Under the pieces are notes generated by a model. It was given only the letters and a program-made list of their open reading frames with translations. It was not told the DNA's origin and made no database searches. A stretch of DNA of 64,000 bases from an uncultured Chloroflexia bacterium (lineage in GTDB: Bacteria > Chloroflexota > Limnocylindria > QHBO01). The DNA lies in contig CAWHAZ010000005.1 in the NCBI GenBank assembly GCA_963827475.1, positions 992,001 to 1,056,000 of the forward strand, given 5' to 3'. A program made the position numbers and the translations under genes. Positions 20,236-32,414 of this stretch are shown here, piece by piece; position 1 is the stretch's first letter, and each line of letters opens with the position of its first letter.

Positions 20236-23200
20236 TCACGCTCCGGATGATACCGACGGACCTGTCGGCTCGGGCCTCCGCTCCACGCTGAGCGCGCCGG
20301 TCACCTCCCGACGCAGCACCGCCTCGATCGCCTCATCCCAGCCGGTCGCCTGCGGCAGGCGAACCTGGCGGGTCGCGCCGGCCACGGGCACGGCCAGGAC
20401 CACGGGCAGGGCTCCGGGGCGCTGCTTGACGATGGACGTCACCGACTCGATCGCGTCGAGCAGGCTGTCGGCCGTCAGGTCCGCCCCGAACGAGATCCAC
20501 AGCGAGCCCGCCGCGCCCTCGGCGACGGCGGGGATGGGGCGGGCGTCCGCCGGCGGCGGCGCCTCGTCCGCGTCCACTTCGGACAGGGCGGCATCGCCCG
20601 GCGCGGCCGGCGCAGCCGACGGCTCGACCCCGCGGGGACGCACGAGCGGGACCACGGCGCTCGCCCGACGCCGCGGCAGTAGGCTGGGGCGGCGGCGGGC
20701 CGCCCTGAGCGGCACCGAACGGGCGTGGGCCGCCGCGGCCGCGGGTCAGGCGGTCTCGTTCGGCCGCGTACGCGGCCGGCCCGAGCCGCGCCGCGTCGTC
20801 CCAGGCGTGCACGACGTCGCACAGGAGCTTGGCCTCCTCGTCGCGGTGATCGACGCGGCCGCTGACCAGGACCACGGCATCCTCGGCCCACGCGTTGGCG
20901 GTGTCGGCGAAGACCTTGGGGAAGACGACCACCTCCACGCTGCCCTGGAGGTCCTCCAGCTGAACGACGAGCATCGTCGACCCGGCGCGGGTGACCACGC
21001 GGCGGGCGCTCTGGATGATCCCGCCCAGGGTGACCCGCGACTGGTCCGACTCCTCCGCCAGCTCCCCGGTGTAGGCGGTCACGTACTCGGGCAGCTGGTC
21101 GGCGATGTCGCCCAGGGGGTGCTCGGTCAGGTACAGGCCCAGCAGCTCCTTCTCCCAGCGCAGCCGCTCGCGACGGGAGATCTCGCCACGGGCGCCATCG
21201 GTCTGCAGCGTGCCGGCCGGGGCCGTTCCGGCCCCGTCGGCCGCCATCGGTACCGCGAACAGGTCGAACAGGGTGGACTGGCCGGCAGCGACGTCGCGGT
21301 GATGCCGGGCCGCGGCGTCGAGCGCGGAGTCCAGCCGGTCGAGCAGCGAGGTCATCGGTCCGAGCGACGTCAGGGCGTTCACCTTGATCAGCGACTCGAA
21401 CACGCGCTTGTTGACCCGCTGCGGGTCCACGCGTCGGCACAGGTCGTCGAGCGAGGTGAAGGGGCCGCCGTCCTCCGCCGCCTCCCGCGCGGCGACGATG
21501 CTCTCCACCGCGCCCTCGCCGACGTTCTTCACCGCCGCCAGGCCGAAGCGGATGGCGCGCGTGTCGTCGGCATCGGTCTCCACCGCGAACAGGGCGTGGG
21601 AGGACTGGACGTCCGGCGGGCGGACCTCGATCCCCAGCCGCCGGCACTCGGCGACGACGGCGGCCACCTTCTCCGCGCGCTCCCGGAAGCCGTTGAGGAC
21701 CGCGGTCATGAACTCCACCGGGTAGTTCGCCTTGAGGTACGCCGTCTGGTAGGCGATCAGCCCGTAGCAGGTGGCGTGGGCCTTGTTGAAGCCGTAGCGG
21801 GCGAACGGCTCGAAGGCGGCAAAGACCTGGTCCACGACGCCGGGCGGGATGCCCTTCTTCTTCGCCCCGGCCTTGAACTTCGCCTCGTGCTCGCGGAGGA
21901 CCTGGGCGTTCTTCTTCCGGATCGCGTAGCACAGGTTGTCGGCCTCGGGGCCGGTGTAGTCGGCCATCGCGATGGCCGCGGTCATGATGTCCTCCTGGTA
22001 CACGAAGATCCCGTACGTCTCGCGCAGGGCGGGCTCCAGGGCGGGGTGCAGGTAGGTGACCGGCTCCTCGCCGTGCTTGCGGCGGATGTAGGCCGGGATG
22101 TTGGCCATCGGTCCGGGGCGGAAGAGGGCGACCATGGCCGCCAGGTCGCGGAGCTCGGTCGGGCGCAGGTCCTTCACGTAGCGGCGCATCCCCGACCCCT
22201 CGAGCTGGAAGATGCCGGTCGTCTCCCCGGTCGACAGCAGCTCGAAGGTCTTCGCGTCGTCCAGCGGCAGGTGGTCGACGTCGATCTCCACGCCCCGGTG
22301 GCGGCGGATGAGGTCGACCGCGTCGGCGAGGATGGTGAGGTTGATGAGCCCGAGGAAGTCGAACTTCAGCAGGCCGAGCTGCTCGCAGGCGTGCATCTCG
22401 AACTGGGTCATCGTCGTCTCGCCATCGGTCGCGCGCTGGAGGGGCATGATCTCGGTCAGCGGCTCGCGGCTGATGACGATCCCCGCGGCGTGGGTCGACG
22501 CGTGGCGGGCGATCCCTTCCAGCTGGCGCGCGGTCCCGATCAGCTTTTCCACGCGCTCGTCGGCGGCCATCTGCTCACGGAGCTGCGGTGACGTCTCGAT
22601 CGCCCGCTCGAGGCTGATGTTCAGCTCGTTGGGCACGGCCTTGGCCACCCGGTCCGCCTCGGCATAGGTCAGGCCCATCGCCCGGCCCGTGTCCCGGATG
22701 GCGGCCTTCGCGCCCAGCGTCCCGAAGGTGATGATCTGCGCCACCCGGTCCGCGCCGTATTTGCGGGTGACGTAGTCGATGACCTCGTTCCGCCGGCTGT
22801 CCTGGAAGTCGATGTCGATGTCCGGCAGCGTCACCCGGTCCGGGTTGAGGAACCGCTCGAACGGCAGCCCGTAGGCCAGCGGGTCGACGGGCGTGATCCC
22901 GAGGGAGTAGGTCACGATGCTCCCCGGCGCCGATCCCCGGCAGGTGGTCATGATCCCCTGCTCGCGGGCGAAGCGGGTGAAGTCGGCCACGATCAGGAAG
23001 TAGGCCGAGTACCCCATCCGGTCGATGATTCCCAGCTCGTACTCGAGCCGGTCGCGGATCGCCGGAGTGACGTCGCCGTACCGATCCGCCAGCCCGCGCT
23101 CACACTCGCGGCGGAGCCAGCTGGCGGCCGTGTCGCCCTCCGGTACCGGGAAGTCCGGCAGGCGAAGGCGGTCGAACTCGAGCTTGAGGTCGACCATCTC

Positions 23201-24038
23201 GGCCACCCGCAGGGTGTTGTCGAACGCCTCCGGCAGCTCCCCGTTGAACAGGCGCCGCATCTCGTCCGCCGGCTTGATCGCGAACTCGGTGGTGTCGAAG
23301 CGGAGGCGGTTCGGCGTCTGCAGGTTGGAGCCGGTCTGGATGCAGAGGAGCAGGTCGTGGGCCTCGGCCTGCTCTGGCCGGGTGTAGTGCGTGTCGTTGG
23401 TCGCCAGCAGCGGCAGGTCCAGGTCGCGGGCCAGGTCCACGAGCTTGGGGTGGAGCATCCGCTGCTCGGTCAGTCCGTGATCCTGGACCTCCACGAAGAA
23501 GTTCCCCGCGCCGAGGATGGACCGATAGTCGTCCGCCGCCTGGCGGGCGCCCTTTTCATCCCCCTCGCGCCAGCTTCTTCAGCACCTCTCCGCCGAGGCA
23601 GGCGGAGGTCCCGATCAGCCCCTCGGCGTGCTGGGCCAGCAGCTCCTTGTCGATCCGCGGCTTGTAGTAGTAACCGTCGAGATGCGCCTTCGTCACCAGG
23701 GCCAGCAGGTTGCGGTAGCCGGTCGCGTTGCGGGCCAGCAGGATGAGGTGACTCGGGTTGGCGTCCAGCCGCGGGTCGCGCTCGGTGTGGCCCCGCGGGG
23801 CGACATAGGTCTCGACCCCGATGATGGGCTTGACCCCGGCATTCATGGCCGCCCGGTAGAAGGCGACCGCCCCGTACAGCGCCCCGTGGTCGGTGAGCCC
23901 GACCGCCGGCATGCCCAGCTCCGCGACCCGGGCCGTGAGCTCCGACAGCCGGGACATCCCGTCCAGCAGGCTGAACTCCGAGTGGACGTGGAGGTGGACG
24001 AACGAGTCGGAGGCCGGATTTTCGGGTCGCAGGGTCAC
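20236..24038 (-). CDS. dnaE: DNA polymerase III alpha subunit (frameshifts near 23567 and 20680)
   Basis: FVHLHVHSEFSLLDG and LTDHG PHP domain; RGSAPGS, PDIDIDF, HAAGIVI, KFDFLGL, YGFNKAH; OB fold. Confidence 0.97.
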
Positions 24039-24103
24039 CAGCCGATGGTAGTCGCCGGGTCAGGTCACCGCCGGGTCTGCTGACCAACACCGTGGAGCCC
24101 GAC

Positions 24104-24137
24104 TTGACAGGATGTCCATACAACCGTATGGTTGTAT
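24104..24137 (+). promoter_or_regulatory. Sigma-70 promoter with overlapping ArsR-type operator
   Basis: TTGACA (24104-24109), 17 nt, TATGGT (24127-24132); perfect palindrome ATACAACC-GTAT-GGTTGTAT (24118-24137). Confidence 0.85.
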
Positions 24138-24139
24138 CA

Positions 24140-24481
24140 ATGCAGATCGTTCCTCCCGACTTCGACCGCATGTTCGGCGCCCTGGGCGATGCCACGCGCC
24201 GGGACATCGTCCGTCGCGCGATCGACGGTGAGGAGGGCGTCGCCGAGCTGGCGGTCCACTACCCCATGAGCTTCGCCGCCGTGCAGAAGCACGTCGCGAT
24301 CCTCGAGCGGGCCGGGCTCGTCACCAAGGAACGCATCGGACGACGCAAGGTCGTCCGCACCAACCTCGAGGGGCTGCTCCAGGCCCGTCGCCTGCTGGAC
24401 CGATACGAGGAGCTGTGGCTCGGGCGGATCGACCGCATGACCGAGCTCGTCACCGAGAACCCGAAGGAGACCGACCGATGA
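24140..24481 (+). CDS. ArsR/SmtB family transcriptional regulator
   Basis: FGALGDATRRDI...MSFAAVQKHVAILERAGLV. Confidence 0.92.
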   Translation: MQIVPPDFDRMFGALGDATRRDIVRRAIDGEEGVAELAVHYPMSFAAVQKHVAILERAGLVTKERIGRRKVVRTNLEGLLQARRLLDRYEELWLGRIDRMTELVTENPKETDR

Positions 24482-24985
24482 CCGTCACCGCCGTCCGCAA
24501 GGACCTCGACGCCCTGACCATGACCCTCGATGCCGAGTTCGACGCCAGCCCGGAGCGGGTCTGGCAGCTGTGGGCCGATCCACGCCAGCTCGAGCGCTGG
24601 TGGGGCCCGCCCAACTACCCCGCCACCTTCACGACCCACGACCTGGCCCCCGGAAGCCACGTCGCGTACCACATGACCACGCCCGAGTGGCGACCAGCCC
24701 AGGGGCTACTGGGACATCGTCGAGGCAGATCCGCCGCATCGGCTCGTCTTGCGCGATGGCTTCGCCAACGACGACGGCATCGCCGAACACGGAGATGCCG
24801 GCGGGCGAGATGCAAGTGACGATCGAGGAGATCGGTGCCGGACGCACCCGGATGTCGATCGAGAGCCGCTTCCCGAGCACCGCGGTGATGGAGCAGCTGC
24901 TTGCCATGGGCAGGAGGAGGGCATGATCGATGCGGTTGGCCAGATCGACGCCATCCTGGCCGAGACCGCGATTCCCCAGGCCTGA
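24478..24985 (+). CDS. SRPBCC/AHSA1-like ligand-binding protein (several frameshifts)
   Basis: FDASPERVWQLWADPRQLERWWGP; C-terminal MGQEEGM..AVGQIDAIL across frames. Confidence 0.85.
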
Positions 24986-25011
24986 CCCGGGGACCGAGAA
25001 GGAGTGCACGG

Positions 25012-25898
25012 ATGACCGCGACGACGACCGAACCGACGACCCACAGCCTGGACGTGTCCCGGGCGCCACCCTGACCTACGACATCCGGCGCAACGACACC
25101 AGCGCGGAGCCGATCCTGTTCCTGATCGGTTCACCGATGGGCGCCGCCGGCTTCGGCAGCCTGTTGAAGCATTTCCCCGACCGCACGATCGTGACCTACG
25201 ACCCGCGCGGATCGGAGCGCAGCCCGAAGGACGACCCGACCACCGCGTCGACGCCCGACCAGCATGCCGAGGACCTGCATCGGATCATCCAGGAACTGGG
25301 CGGCGGGCCGGTGGACCTCTTCGCCAGCAGCGGGGGCGCCACGAACGCCCTCGCGCTGGTCGCCGCCCATCCGGGCGACGTCGGAACCCTGGTCGCACAC
25401 GAGCCGCCTGTGGCGACGGTCCTTCCCGACCGCGAAAACGCCCTCGCCGCGGCCCGCGCGATCCACGAGACGTACATGGCGAAGGGATGGGGTGCCGCGA
25501 TGGCGCATTTCATCGCGGTCGTCAGCCACGAGGGTCCGTTCCCCGACGACTACGCCGCGCAGCCTGCTCCGGATCCGGCGATGTTCGGGATGCCGACCGA
25601 GGATGACGGCACCCGGACCGACGTCCTGTTCGCCCAGAACATGATCTCCGGCAGCCACTACGAGCTCGATTTCGATGCCCTGCGCGCGGCTTCGACCCGA
25701 GTCGTCCTGGCCGCCGGCGTCGAGTCGGAGCGGGTGATGACCGGCCGCGAGGCGAAGGCCGTGGCGGAGCGGCTCGGGACCGAGCTCGTCGTCTTCCCCA
25801 GCGACCACGCCGGGTTCATGGGTGGCGAGTACGGCCAGACCGGCGACCCGGATGCCTTCGCGGCGAAGCTGCGCGAGGTGTTAGCCACCGCAACCTGA
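25012..25898 (+). CDS. Alpha/beta hydrolase (frameshift near 25058)
   Basis: SD AAGGAG, YDPRG, FASSGGA, VAHEPP, FPSDHAGF. Confidence 0.88.
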
Positions 25899-25918
25899 CC
25901 GCGCGGTAGGCTCCCGCC

Positions 25919-26995
25919 GTGCATCGGCTGACGAGGGAGCAGGCGCGGCGGGTGGCGTCCGGGCGCAGCTGCTCGACGCCGCGCGCCCGACGGACCTGGT
26001 CTCCATGGTGGACCGCCTGACGCTCCTCCAGCTGGATCCGACCGCGGCGATCGCCCCGAGCGCGGACCTCGTTGCCTGGAGCCGCCTCGGCCCTTCGTAC
26101 CGGCCCGAGTACCTCAAGCAGGCCCACGAGCAGGACCGGACGCTGTTCGAGCTCGACGCGGTCGTGCGCCCGATCCGCGACCTCGGCCTCCACCTGGCGG
26201 GCGCGTCCGAGCGGCCGCACTACGAGCATTCGCGCAACTGGCTGCGCGCCAACGACCGGTTTCGGCGCGACATCCTCAAGCGCCTGGCGTCAGGTCCGTT
26301 GCGGTCGCGCGACATCCCGGACACCTCGGTCGTGCCGTGGCCGTCGACCGGGTGGACGAACGACCGCAACGTCACCCAGATGCTGGAGTTCCTGATGGTG
26401 CGCGGCGAGGTCGCGATCACCGCCCGTGTCGGCCGGGAACGAATCTGGGATCTCCCCGAGCGGGTCTACCCGCCCGATGTCGAGGTGCCGTCGGTGGAGG
26501 AGGCAACGCGTCGCCTGAACGTGCGGCGGCTCGGCGCGCTCGGCATCGCCCGGGCCAGGACGCGCGCGGTCTCGATGGAACCATACGAGGTGGGCGATGC
26601 CGGCGAGCCCGCCGTGGTCGAGGGCGTCAAGGGGGAGTGGCGGGTCGACCCCGCCGCGCTCGGTGACGATTTCGAGGGCCGGACGGCGCTCCTCTCCCCC
26701 TTCGACCGGCTCGTGCACGACCGCGTCCGCGCCCTCGAGCTGTTCGAGTTCGAGTACACGATCGAGATGTACAAGCCCGCGGCCGCGCGGCGCTGGGGCT
26801 ACTACGCCCTGCCCATCCTCCACGGAGACCGGCTGGTCGGGAAGCTCGACGCGGCCGCGGATCGCAAGGCATCGGTCCTGCGCATCAACGCGATCCACGA
26901 GGACGTGCCGTTCACTCGGGGCATGCGGGCGGCCGTGGAGGCCGAGATCGACGAGCCTGGCCGCATGGCTCGGGCTCGCCGTCGAGGTGCCCTGA
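25919..26995 (+). CDS. AlkZ/YcaQ-like (HTH_42) DNA crosslink glycosylase (frameshifts near 25957 and 26957)
   Basis: LQLDP motif, LLSPFDRL, YKPAAARRWGYYALPILHGDRLVGKLD. Confidence 0.9.
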
Positions 26996-26998
26996 GGA

Positions 26999-27514
26999 CT
27001 ACTCCTCGCGCCAGAGGTCGATCTGCGGGAGGCCGTGGATGCCGAGGGTCTGCGACAGCTCCCCGCAGTGATAGGCATCGTGGCTGAACATCCGCTGGAG
27101 GACCGATGTCCGCGTGTGCGTCGACACCACGCCGCCGTACTCGCGCGTGAACGCCTCGGCGAGCATGTCCGGGGTCCATCGGTCCAGGCAGCCCTCGACG
27201 ATGCGCCACGTCGACTCCAGGGCGGTCACGAGCTCGTCCGCCGAGCGCGGGACGCTCTCGTCATCCTCCCATCCCGGGCCCGTGCGGGATCCGGAAAGGG
27301 CGTGGTCTCCGCGCCGGGCTCGCCGAACACGCCGCAGAGCCAGTAGACCCGCATGCCCGCGGTGTGGCCCACCGTCGCCCAGATCGGCGGACGGTCGGGT
27401 GCGGGGCGGATCGCGAGCTGCTCCGGCGTCATCGGGCGCACGACCTCCACCAGGCGCCGGTTGTACTGCGGCCAGTGGTCGTAGGACGAGCCGGATCGAG
27501 CCAGGCGCGGTCAC
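26999..27514 (-). CDS. DinB-family protein (two frameshifts)
   Basis: IWATVGHTAG and SHDAYHCGELS His ligands; TACCAT 6 nt before GTG 27514. Confidence 0.85.
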   Translation of the reverse strand: MTAPGSIRLVLRPLAAVQPAPGGGRAPDDAGAARDPPRTRPSADLGDGGPHRGHAGLLALRRVRRARRGDHALSGSRTGPGWEDDESVPRSADELVTALESTWRIVEGCLDRWTPDMLAEAFTREYGGVVSTHTRTSVLQRMFSHDAYHCGELSQTLGIHGLPQIDLWREE

Positions 27515-27661
27515 GACCCGATGGTAGCGACCTCGGTGGGGTCCTGGTACTCGCCGGCCGTCGCGCGCACCGCGGCGTCGAGGGGCTCGCACGCGGGCAT
27601 GACCCGATGGTCCCTATGGGTCATGGCCCCGGGATGGCCCCGTCCGTAGCCTCACCGCAGC

Positions 27662-30418
27662 ATGACCGCGCGACCGGGGGTGTTGCGACCCGATCGGGCG
27701 ACGGCTGCCCCTGTCCAGGAGGCAGCCGGCGCCCTTGAGCTGCCGCGCCTGGACCGGCTGAACCGCCGCGCGGTGTTGGGCCTCGGCATCGTCATCCTGT
27801 TCGCCGCCGCGGGTGCGATGGGCGCAGCGAGCGCGATCTCGTGGTGGAACCAGGCGGGCATGACCATCGCCGCCGGCCTGATGATGCTCATCGTCGTCGA
27901 GGGCCGGCGCGCCGCATCCGCCGACGACCTGCCGTTCCGCCGCGTGGTCGTCGTGGGCGGGAGCCTGTGGTTCCTGATCCAGCTCCTCGTCTTCTTCGAG
28001 CAGGTCACCGGGACCGAGTTCGGCCCGATCATCGAGTACCCGCTGGTCATCATCTTCGCCGGGGCCTGCGCCATGCTGTGGCGCGCCGCGGTCCGGGGCC
28101 GGCTGTCCGGGATCGAGGCATCGGCGGTGTACCTCGACTCGTCCATCGTCTTCGCCGCGGTCGCCGCCGGGGGTCTGCTCGCCCTCGGCGGATCGGTGCT
28201 CGACGGCGCGCAGACCGTCTACGCCCTGCTGTTCGCGGCCCTGTTCTTCGGCATGATCGGCGCGACGGCCGTCCTCAACCTGGCCCTCGCCCCGGTGCGC
28301 AGCGCCGGTGGGTGGGTGGCCGCCGTCGTCGGCCTGTTCATCGCGGGCATCGGCCTGTCCGCGTGGCTCAGCGACCCAGCCGCACCCGGCTGGAGCGCCG
28401 GCCTGGCCGCCGCCTCGGTCGGGGCCATCGTGACCGGCTATGGCGGGGCCACCTGGACCCGCGCCCCGGACCCGAGCGAGTCGTACCGCCGGAGCGCCAA
28501 CCAGGTTCGCGAGGCGCTGCCACTCCTGGCCGCCGCCCTGTCCCCGCTGCTGTGGGTCCTGGGCGAGATCCTTCGCGACCAGATCCAGCGCGAGGTGAGC
28601 GCCGCCGTGGCGGGGTCCGTGGCGGCGGTGCTCATCCTGTGCGTGCTGCGCCAGACGATCCTCCTCCGGGAGCGGGACCGGGTCGTCGGCCTCGCGACAT
28701 CCGCCGCCAACCGCGAGCGGGTCCTCCATGGCGAGCTGGAGTCCAGCGAGCGGCGGTTCCGGACCCTGGTCACGAACTCCACCGACGTGGTCCTGATCGT
28801 CGGCCGCGACGGCCGGATCGCGTACCAGAGCCCGTCCGTCGAGCGGGTGCTCGGCCACAGTCCGACCAGTCGTCTCGGCCACCCGGTCGGCGTGCTCGCC
28901 CATCCGCACGACGCGGAGTACTTCCGCACCTCGCTCTCCGAGCTCGGCGCCCAGCCGGGGGCCGAACGGACGCTCGAGCTGCGGACGCGACATGCCGACG
29001 GGTCGTGGCGAATCCTGGAGGCCACCGCCAAGAACCTGCTCGACGACCCGGCGGTGGCGGGCATCGTGATCAACTGCCGTGACGTCACCGAGCGGCGGGC
29101 ACTCGAGGAGCAGCTCAAGCACGAAGCCCTGCACGACCCCCTGACCACGCTGGCCAACCGCGCCCTGTTCGTGGACCGCGTGGGCCACGCCCTCTCGCGG
29201 CGTGACAAGCCGGATGCCACGGGCGTCCTGTTCATGGACCTCGACGACTTCAAGACGATCAACGACTCCCTGGGCCACGCGGCCGGCGATGAGCTGCTGC
29301 AGGCCGTCGCCCAGCGCCTGCGCGGCAACCTCCGGCTGGAGGACACCGTCGCGCGGCTGGGCGGCGACGAGTTCGCGGTCCTGGTCGAGGACGCGGACAT
29401 CGAGATGGTCGAGCACGTCGGCAGTCGCCTGTTGGGCGCCCTGCGGGCCCCGTTCGAGATCGCCGGCAAGCAGGTCCACATCGGCGCCAGCGCGGGCGCG
29501 GCCATGAGCAGCGCCGACAACCGCGAGGCGGAGGTCCTCCTCCGCAACGCCGACGTGGCGATGTACACCGCCAAGTCCCGCGGGAAGGGCCGGCTCGAGG
29601 TGTTCGAGGCCAGCATGCACGCCGCGGCGGTCACCCGCCTCGAGCTCAAGGCGGACCTCGAGCGCGCCCTCGAGCGGGGCGAGATGCGCGTCCGCTACCA
29701 GCCCATCTTCCGCCTGTCGGACGGCGCGCTCGACGGCTTCGAGACGCTCGTCCGCTGGCGCCACCCGGATCGCGGCGAGGTGGGTCCCGGCGATTTCGTG
29801 CCCCTCGCGGAGGAGACGGGCCTGATCGTGCCCATCGGTCGCTGGGTGCTGGCCCAGGCGTGTCGCCAGGCGCAGGCATGGCGCATGGCCGGCAGCAACG
29901 GGATCAAGGTCAGCGTGAACCTCGCCGCCCGCCAGCTCCGCGACCCGGAGGTGGTGTTGATGGTCCAGGACGTGCTCGCGGAGACCGGCCTCGAGCCGGA
30001 CGTCCTGACCCTGGAGCTGACCGAGTCGAGCATCATGCAGGACGACGAAGGGCGCCTCCAGGAGCTGCGCGGCCTCGGCATCCACCTCGGCCTGGACGAC
30101 TTCGGCACCGGCTACTCGTCGTTGAGCTACCTCTCGAAGTTCCCGATCGAGACGCTGAAGATCGACCGGTCGTTCACCTCCCGTCTCGGCGGACCGGACG
30201 AGGAGACCGCGCTCGTGCGCTCGGTCATCCAGCTCGCCACCTCGATGGGGATGGAGACGGTGGGCGAGGGCATCGAGCGGCCCGAGCAGCTGGAGCGCCT
30301 CCGCGAGCTGGGATGCACGTACGGGCAGGGCTTCCTGCTCGCGCGACCGATGGACGCCATCCGGGCCACCACCCTGGCCACGACCGGGCAGCTGGACGCC
30401 ACCGCCGCCGAGGCCTGA
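27662..30418 (+). CDS. Membrane-bound PAS-GGDEF-EAL diguanylate cyclase/phosphodiesterase
   Basis: Multi-TM N-terminus, PAS (HPHD...ADGSWR), RLGGDEF, ETL variant of EAL, DDFGTGYSSLSYL. Confidence 0.96.
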   Translation: MTARPGVLRPDRATAAPVQEAAGALELPRLDRLNRRAVLGLGIVILFAAAGAMGAASAISWWNQAGMTIAAGLMMLIVVEGRRAASADDLPFRRVVVVGGSLWFLIQLLVFFEQVTGTEFGPIIEYPLVIIFAGACAMLWRAAVRGRLSGIEASAVYLDSSIVFAAVAAGGLLALGGSVLDGAQTVYALLFAALFFGMIGATAVLNLALAPVRSAGGWVAAVVGLFIAGIGLSAWLSDPAAPGWSAGLAAASVGAIVTGYGGATWTRAPDPSESYRRSANQVREALPLLAAALSPLLWVLGEILRDQIQREVSAAVAGSVAAVLILCVLRQTILLRERDRVVGLATSAANRERVLHGELESSERRFRTLVTNSTDVVLIVGRDGRIAYQSPSVERVLGHSPTSRLGHPVGVLAHPHDAEYFRTSLSELGAQPGAERTLELRTRHADGSWRILEATAKNLLDDPAVAGIVINCRDVTERRALEEQLKHEALHDPLTTLANRALFVDRVGHALSRRDKPDATGVLFMDLDDFKTINDSLGHAAGDELLQAVAQRLRGNLRLEDTVARLGGDEFAVLVEDADIEMVEHVGSRLLGALRAPFEIAGKQVHIGASAGAAMSSADNREAEVLLRNADVAMYTAKSRGKGRLEVFEASMHAAAVTRLELKADLERALERGEMRVRYQPIFRLSDGALDGFETLVRWRHPDRGEVGPGDFVPLAEETGLIVPIGRWVLAQACRQAQAWRMAGSNGIKVSVNLAARQLRDPEVVLMVQDVLAETGLEPDVLTLELTESSIMQDDEGRLQELRGLGIHLGLDDFGTGYSSLSYLSKFPIETLKIDRSFTSRLGGPDEETALVRSVIQLATSMGMETVGEGIERPEQLERLRELGCTYGQGFLLARPMDAIRATTLATTGQLDATAAEA

Positions 30419-30449
30419 TCGGCCCCAGGTCGCCGGGTACCATCCCGGC

Positions 30450-32412
30450 GTGCGCTACGACTACACCACCGCCAGCGTCGAATCGGTCCGCCAGGAGACC
30501 GATGCCGGCCTGGCCGATGCCGACGCGCTCGTCGACCAGGCACTGGGCGCGGACGAGGTCTCGTTCGCGGCACGGGTCGCACCGCTGGAGCTGGCCAATG
30601 CCCGCCTGACGGCGGCGTACGGTCGGGGCGCGATCCTGGGGCAGGCGCACCCGGACTCCGCCGTCCGGGACGCCGGGTCGGAGGCCGAGGAGCGGATCAC
30701 GAAGTGGCGGGCGGCGCTTCCCTTCCGCGAGGACCTCTACCACGCCGTCCGAGCCGTGGCCGATGCGCCGGAGGCGGAGTCGCTGACGCCGGAGCAGAAG
30801 CGCGTCCTGTTCCTGTGGATGCGTGACTTCCGCCGGGCCGGCCACGCCCTGGAGCCCGCGGCCCGCGCCGAGCTCGAGCAGCTCCGCGCTCGCCTGGTCG
30901 AGCTCGAGATCGCGTTCAACCGCAACGTCAACGAGTACGAGGACGCGATCGAGCTGACCCGGGACGAGCTGGAGGGGATGCCGGACGAGTTCGTGGAGCG
31001 GCTGTCACCGGGGAGCCGGGACGGGACGCTGCGGGTCAGCCTCGACTACCCCGAGGTGTACCCGTTCCTCGCCCAGTCCCCGAACCGCCCGGCCCGCGAG
31101 GCGCTGTTCCGCAAGCACTGGCGCCGGTGCGTGGACGCCAACCGACCGTTGATGGAGGAGGCGATCCGTCTGCGGCAGCGCGCCGCCGAGCTGCTCGGCC
31201 ATCCGACCTGGGCGCACTACGCGATCGAGGTGAAGATGGCCGAGACGCCCGAGGCGGTGGCCGCGTTCTACGAGTCCCTCGTGCCCCGCCTCACGGCCGT
31301 CCGCGATCGCGAGCTCGACGTGCTGACCGAACGCTTCCGCGCCGACGGCCACGAGGGCCTGCTCCAGGCCTGGGACTGGACCTACTACGACGAGCAGATG
31401 CGCCGGTCGGACTTCGGGGTCGACGCCAACCTCGTCGCCGAGTACCTGCCCATGGAGGCCAGCCTGGAGGGCATGTTCGCCCTGACCGGCGAGGTCCTGG
31501 GTCTTGACTTCCGGCGCGTGCCCGAGGCCCACGGGTGGCACCCATCGGTCGAGCTGTACGAGATCCTCGACCGCGCCTCCGGGGAACCGATCGCCTCGTT
31601 CTACGCGGACTGGTTCCCCCGCGAGGGCAAGTTCGGGCACGCGGCCGCGTTCCCGCTGGTCGTCGGCCATCGGCGCGCGGACGGCGACCTACGAGCAGCC
31701 GGTGAGCACCATCCTCGCCAACTTCACCCCGCCCGCCGGGGATCGGCCGTCACTCCTCCAGCACAACGAGCTGGAGACCCTGTTCCACGAGTTCGGCCAC
31801 ATCCTCCACATGTCCCTCACCCGGGCCGAGTACGCGCGGACGAGTGGCAGCGAGACGGAGATCGACTTCGTCGAGGCCCCGTCCCAGATCATGGAGCACT
31901 GGGCGTGGGACCCCGGCGTCCTGGGTCGCTTCGCGCGGCACTACCGGACCCGGGAGCCGATCCCCGCCGAGCTGGTCGACCAGATGATCGCGGCGCGGTA
32001 CGTGAACATCGGTCTGAAGACGCTCGTCCAGGTGTTCTACGGTCAGCTCGACCTCGGCCTCCACGATGGGCAGGCGGAGCCGGATCTCGACGAGGTCCTG
32101 CGAACGGCCCACGTTCACGTCGGCACGCCGTACCCGGAGGGCACGTTCCTCCTGTCCGGCTTCGCCCATCCGATGGGCGGCTACGACGCGGGCTACTACG
32201 GCTACCTGTGGTCGGAGGTCATCGGCGACGACCTGTTCGGGCGGTTCACGGCCGAGGGCGTGACGTCCCCGGCCGTCGGCGCCGACTACCGGCGCGAGAT
32301 CCTCGAGCCGAACGGCAGCCGGCCCGCGGCGGAGCTGGTGCGCGCCTTCCTCGGTCGGGACCCGACGCCCGATACGTGGCTTCGGCTGCGCGGGATGGCC
32401 CAGGAGGGCTAG
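30450..32412 (+). CDS. M3 family oligopeptidase (frameshift near 31686)
   Basis: PREGKFGHAA, TLFHEFGH, DFVEAPSQ, GYYGYLWS. Confidence 0.95.
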
Positions 32413-32414
32413 GC

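Noticed and set aside
20236-24038. Split dnaE, intein or programmed frameshift
   Set aside because: One-base corrections give a continuous normal-length DnaE; no intein motifs; same error pattern window-wide.
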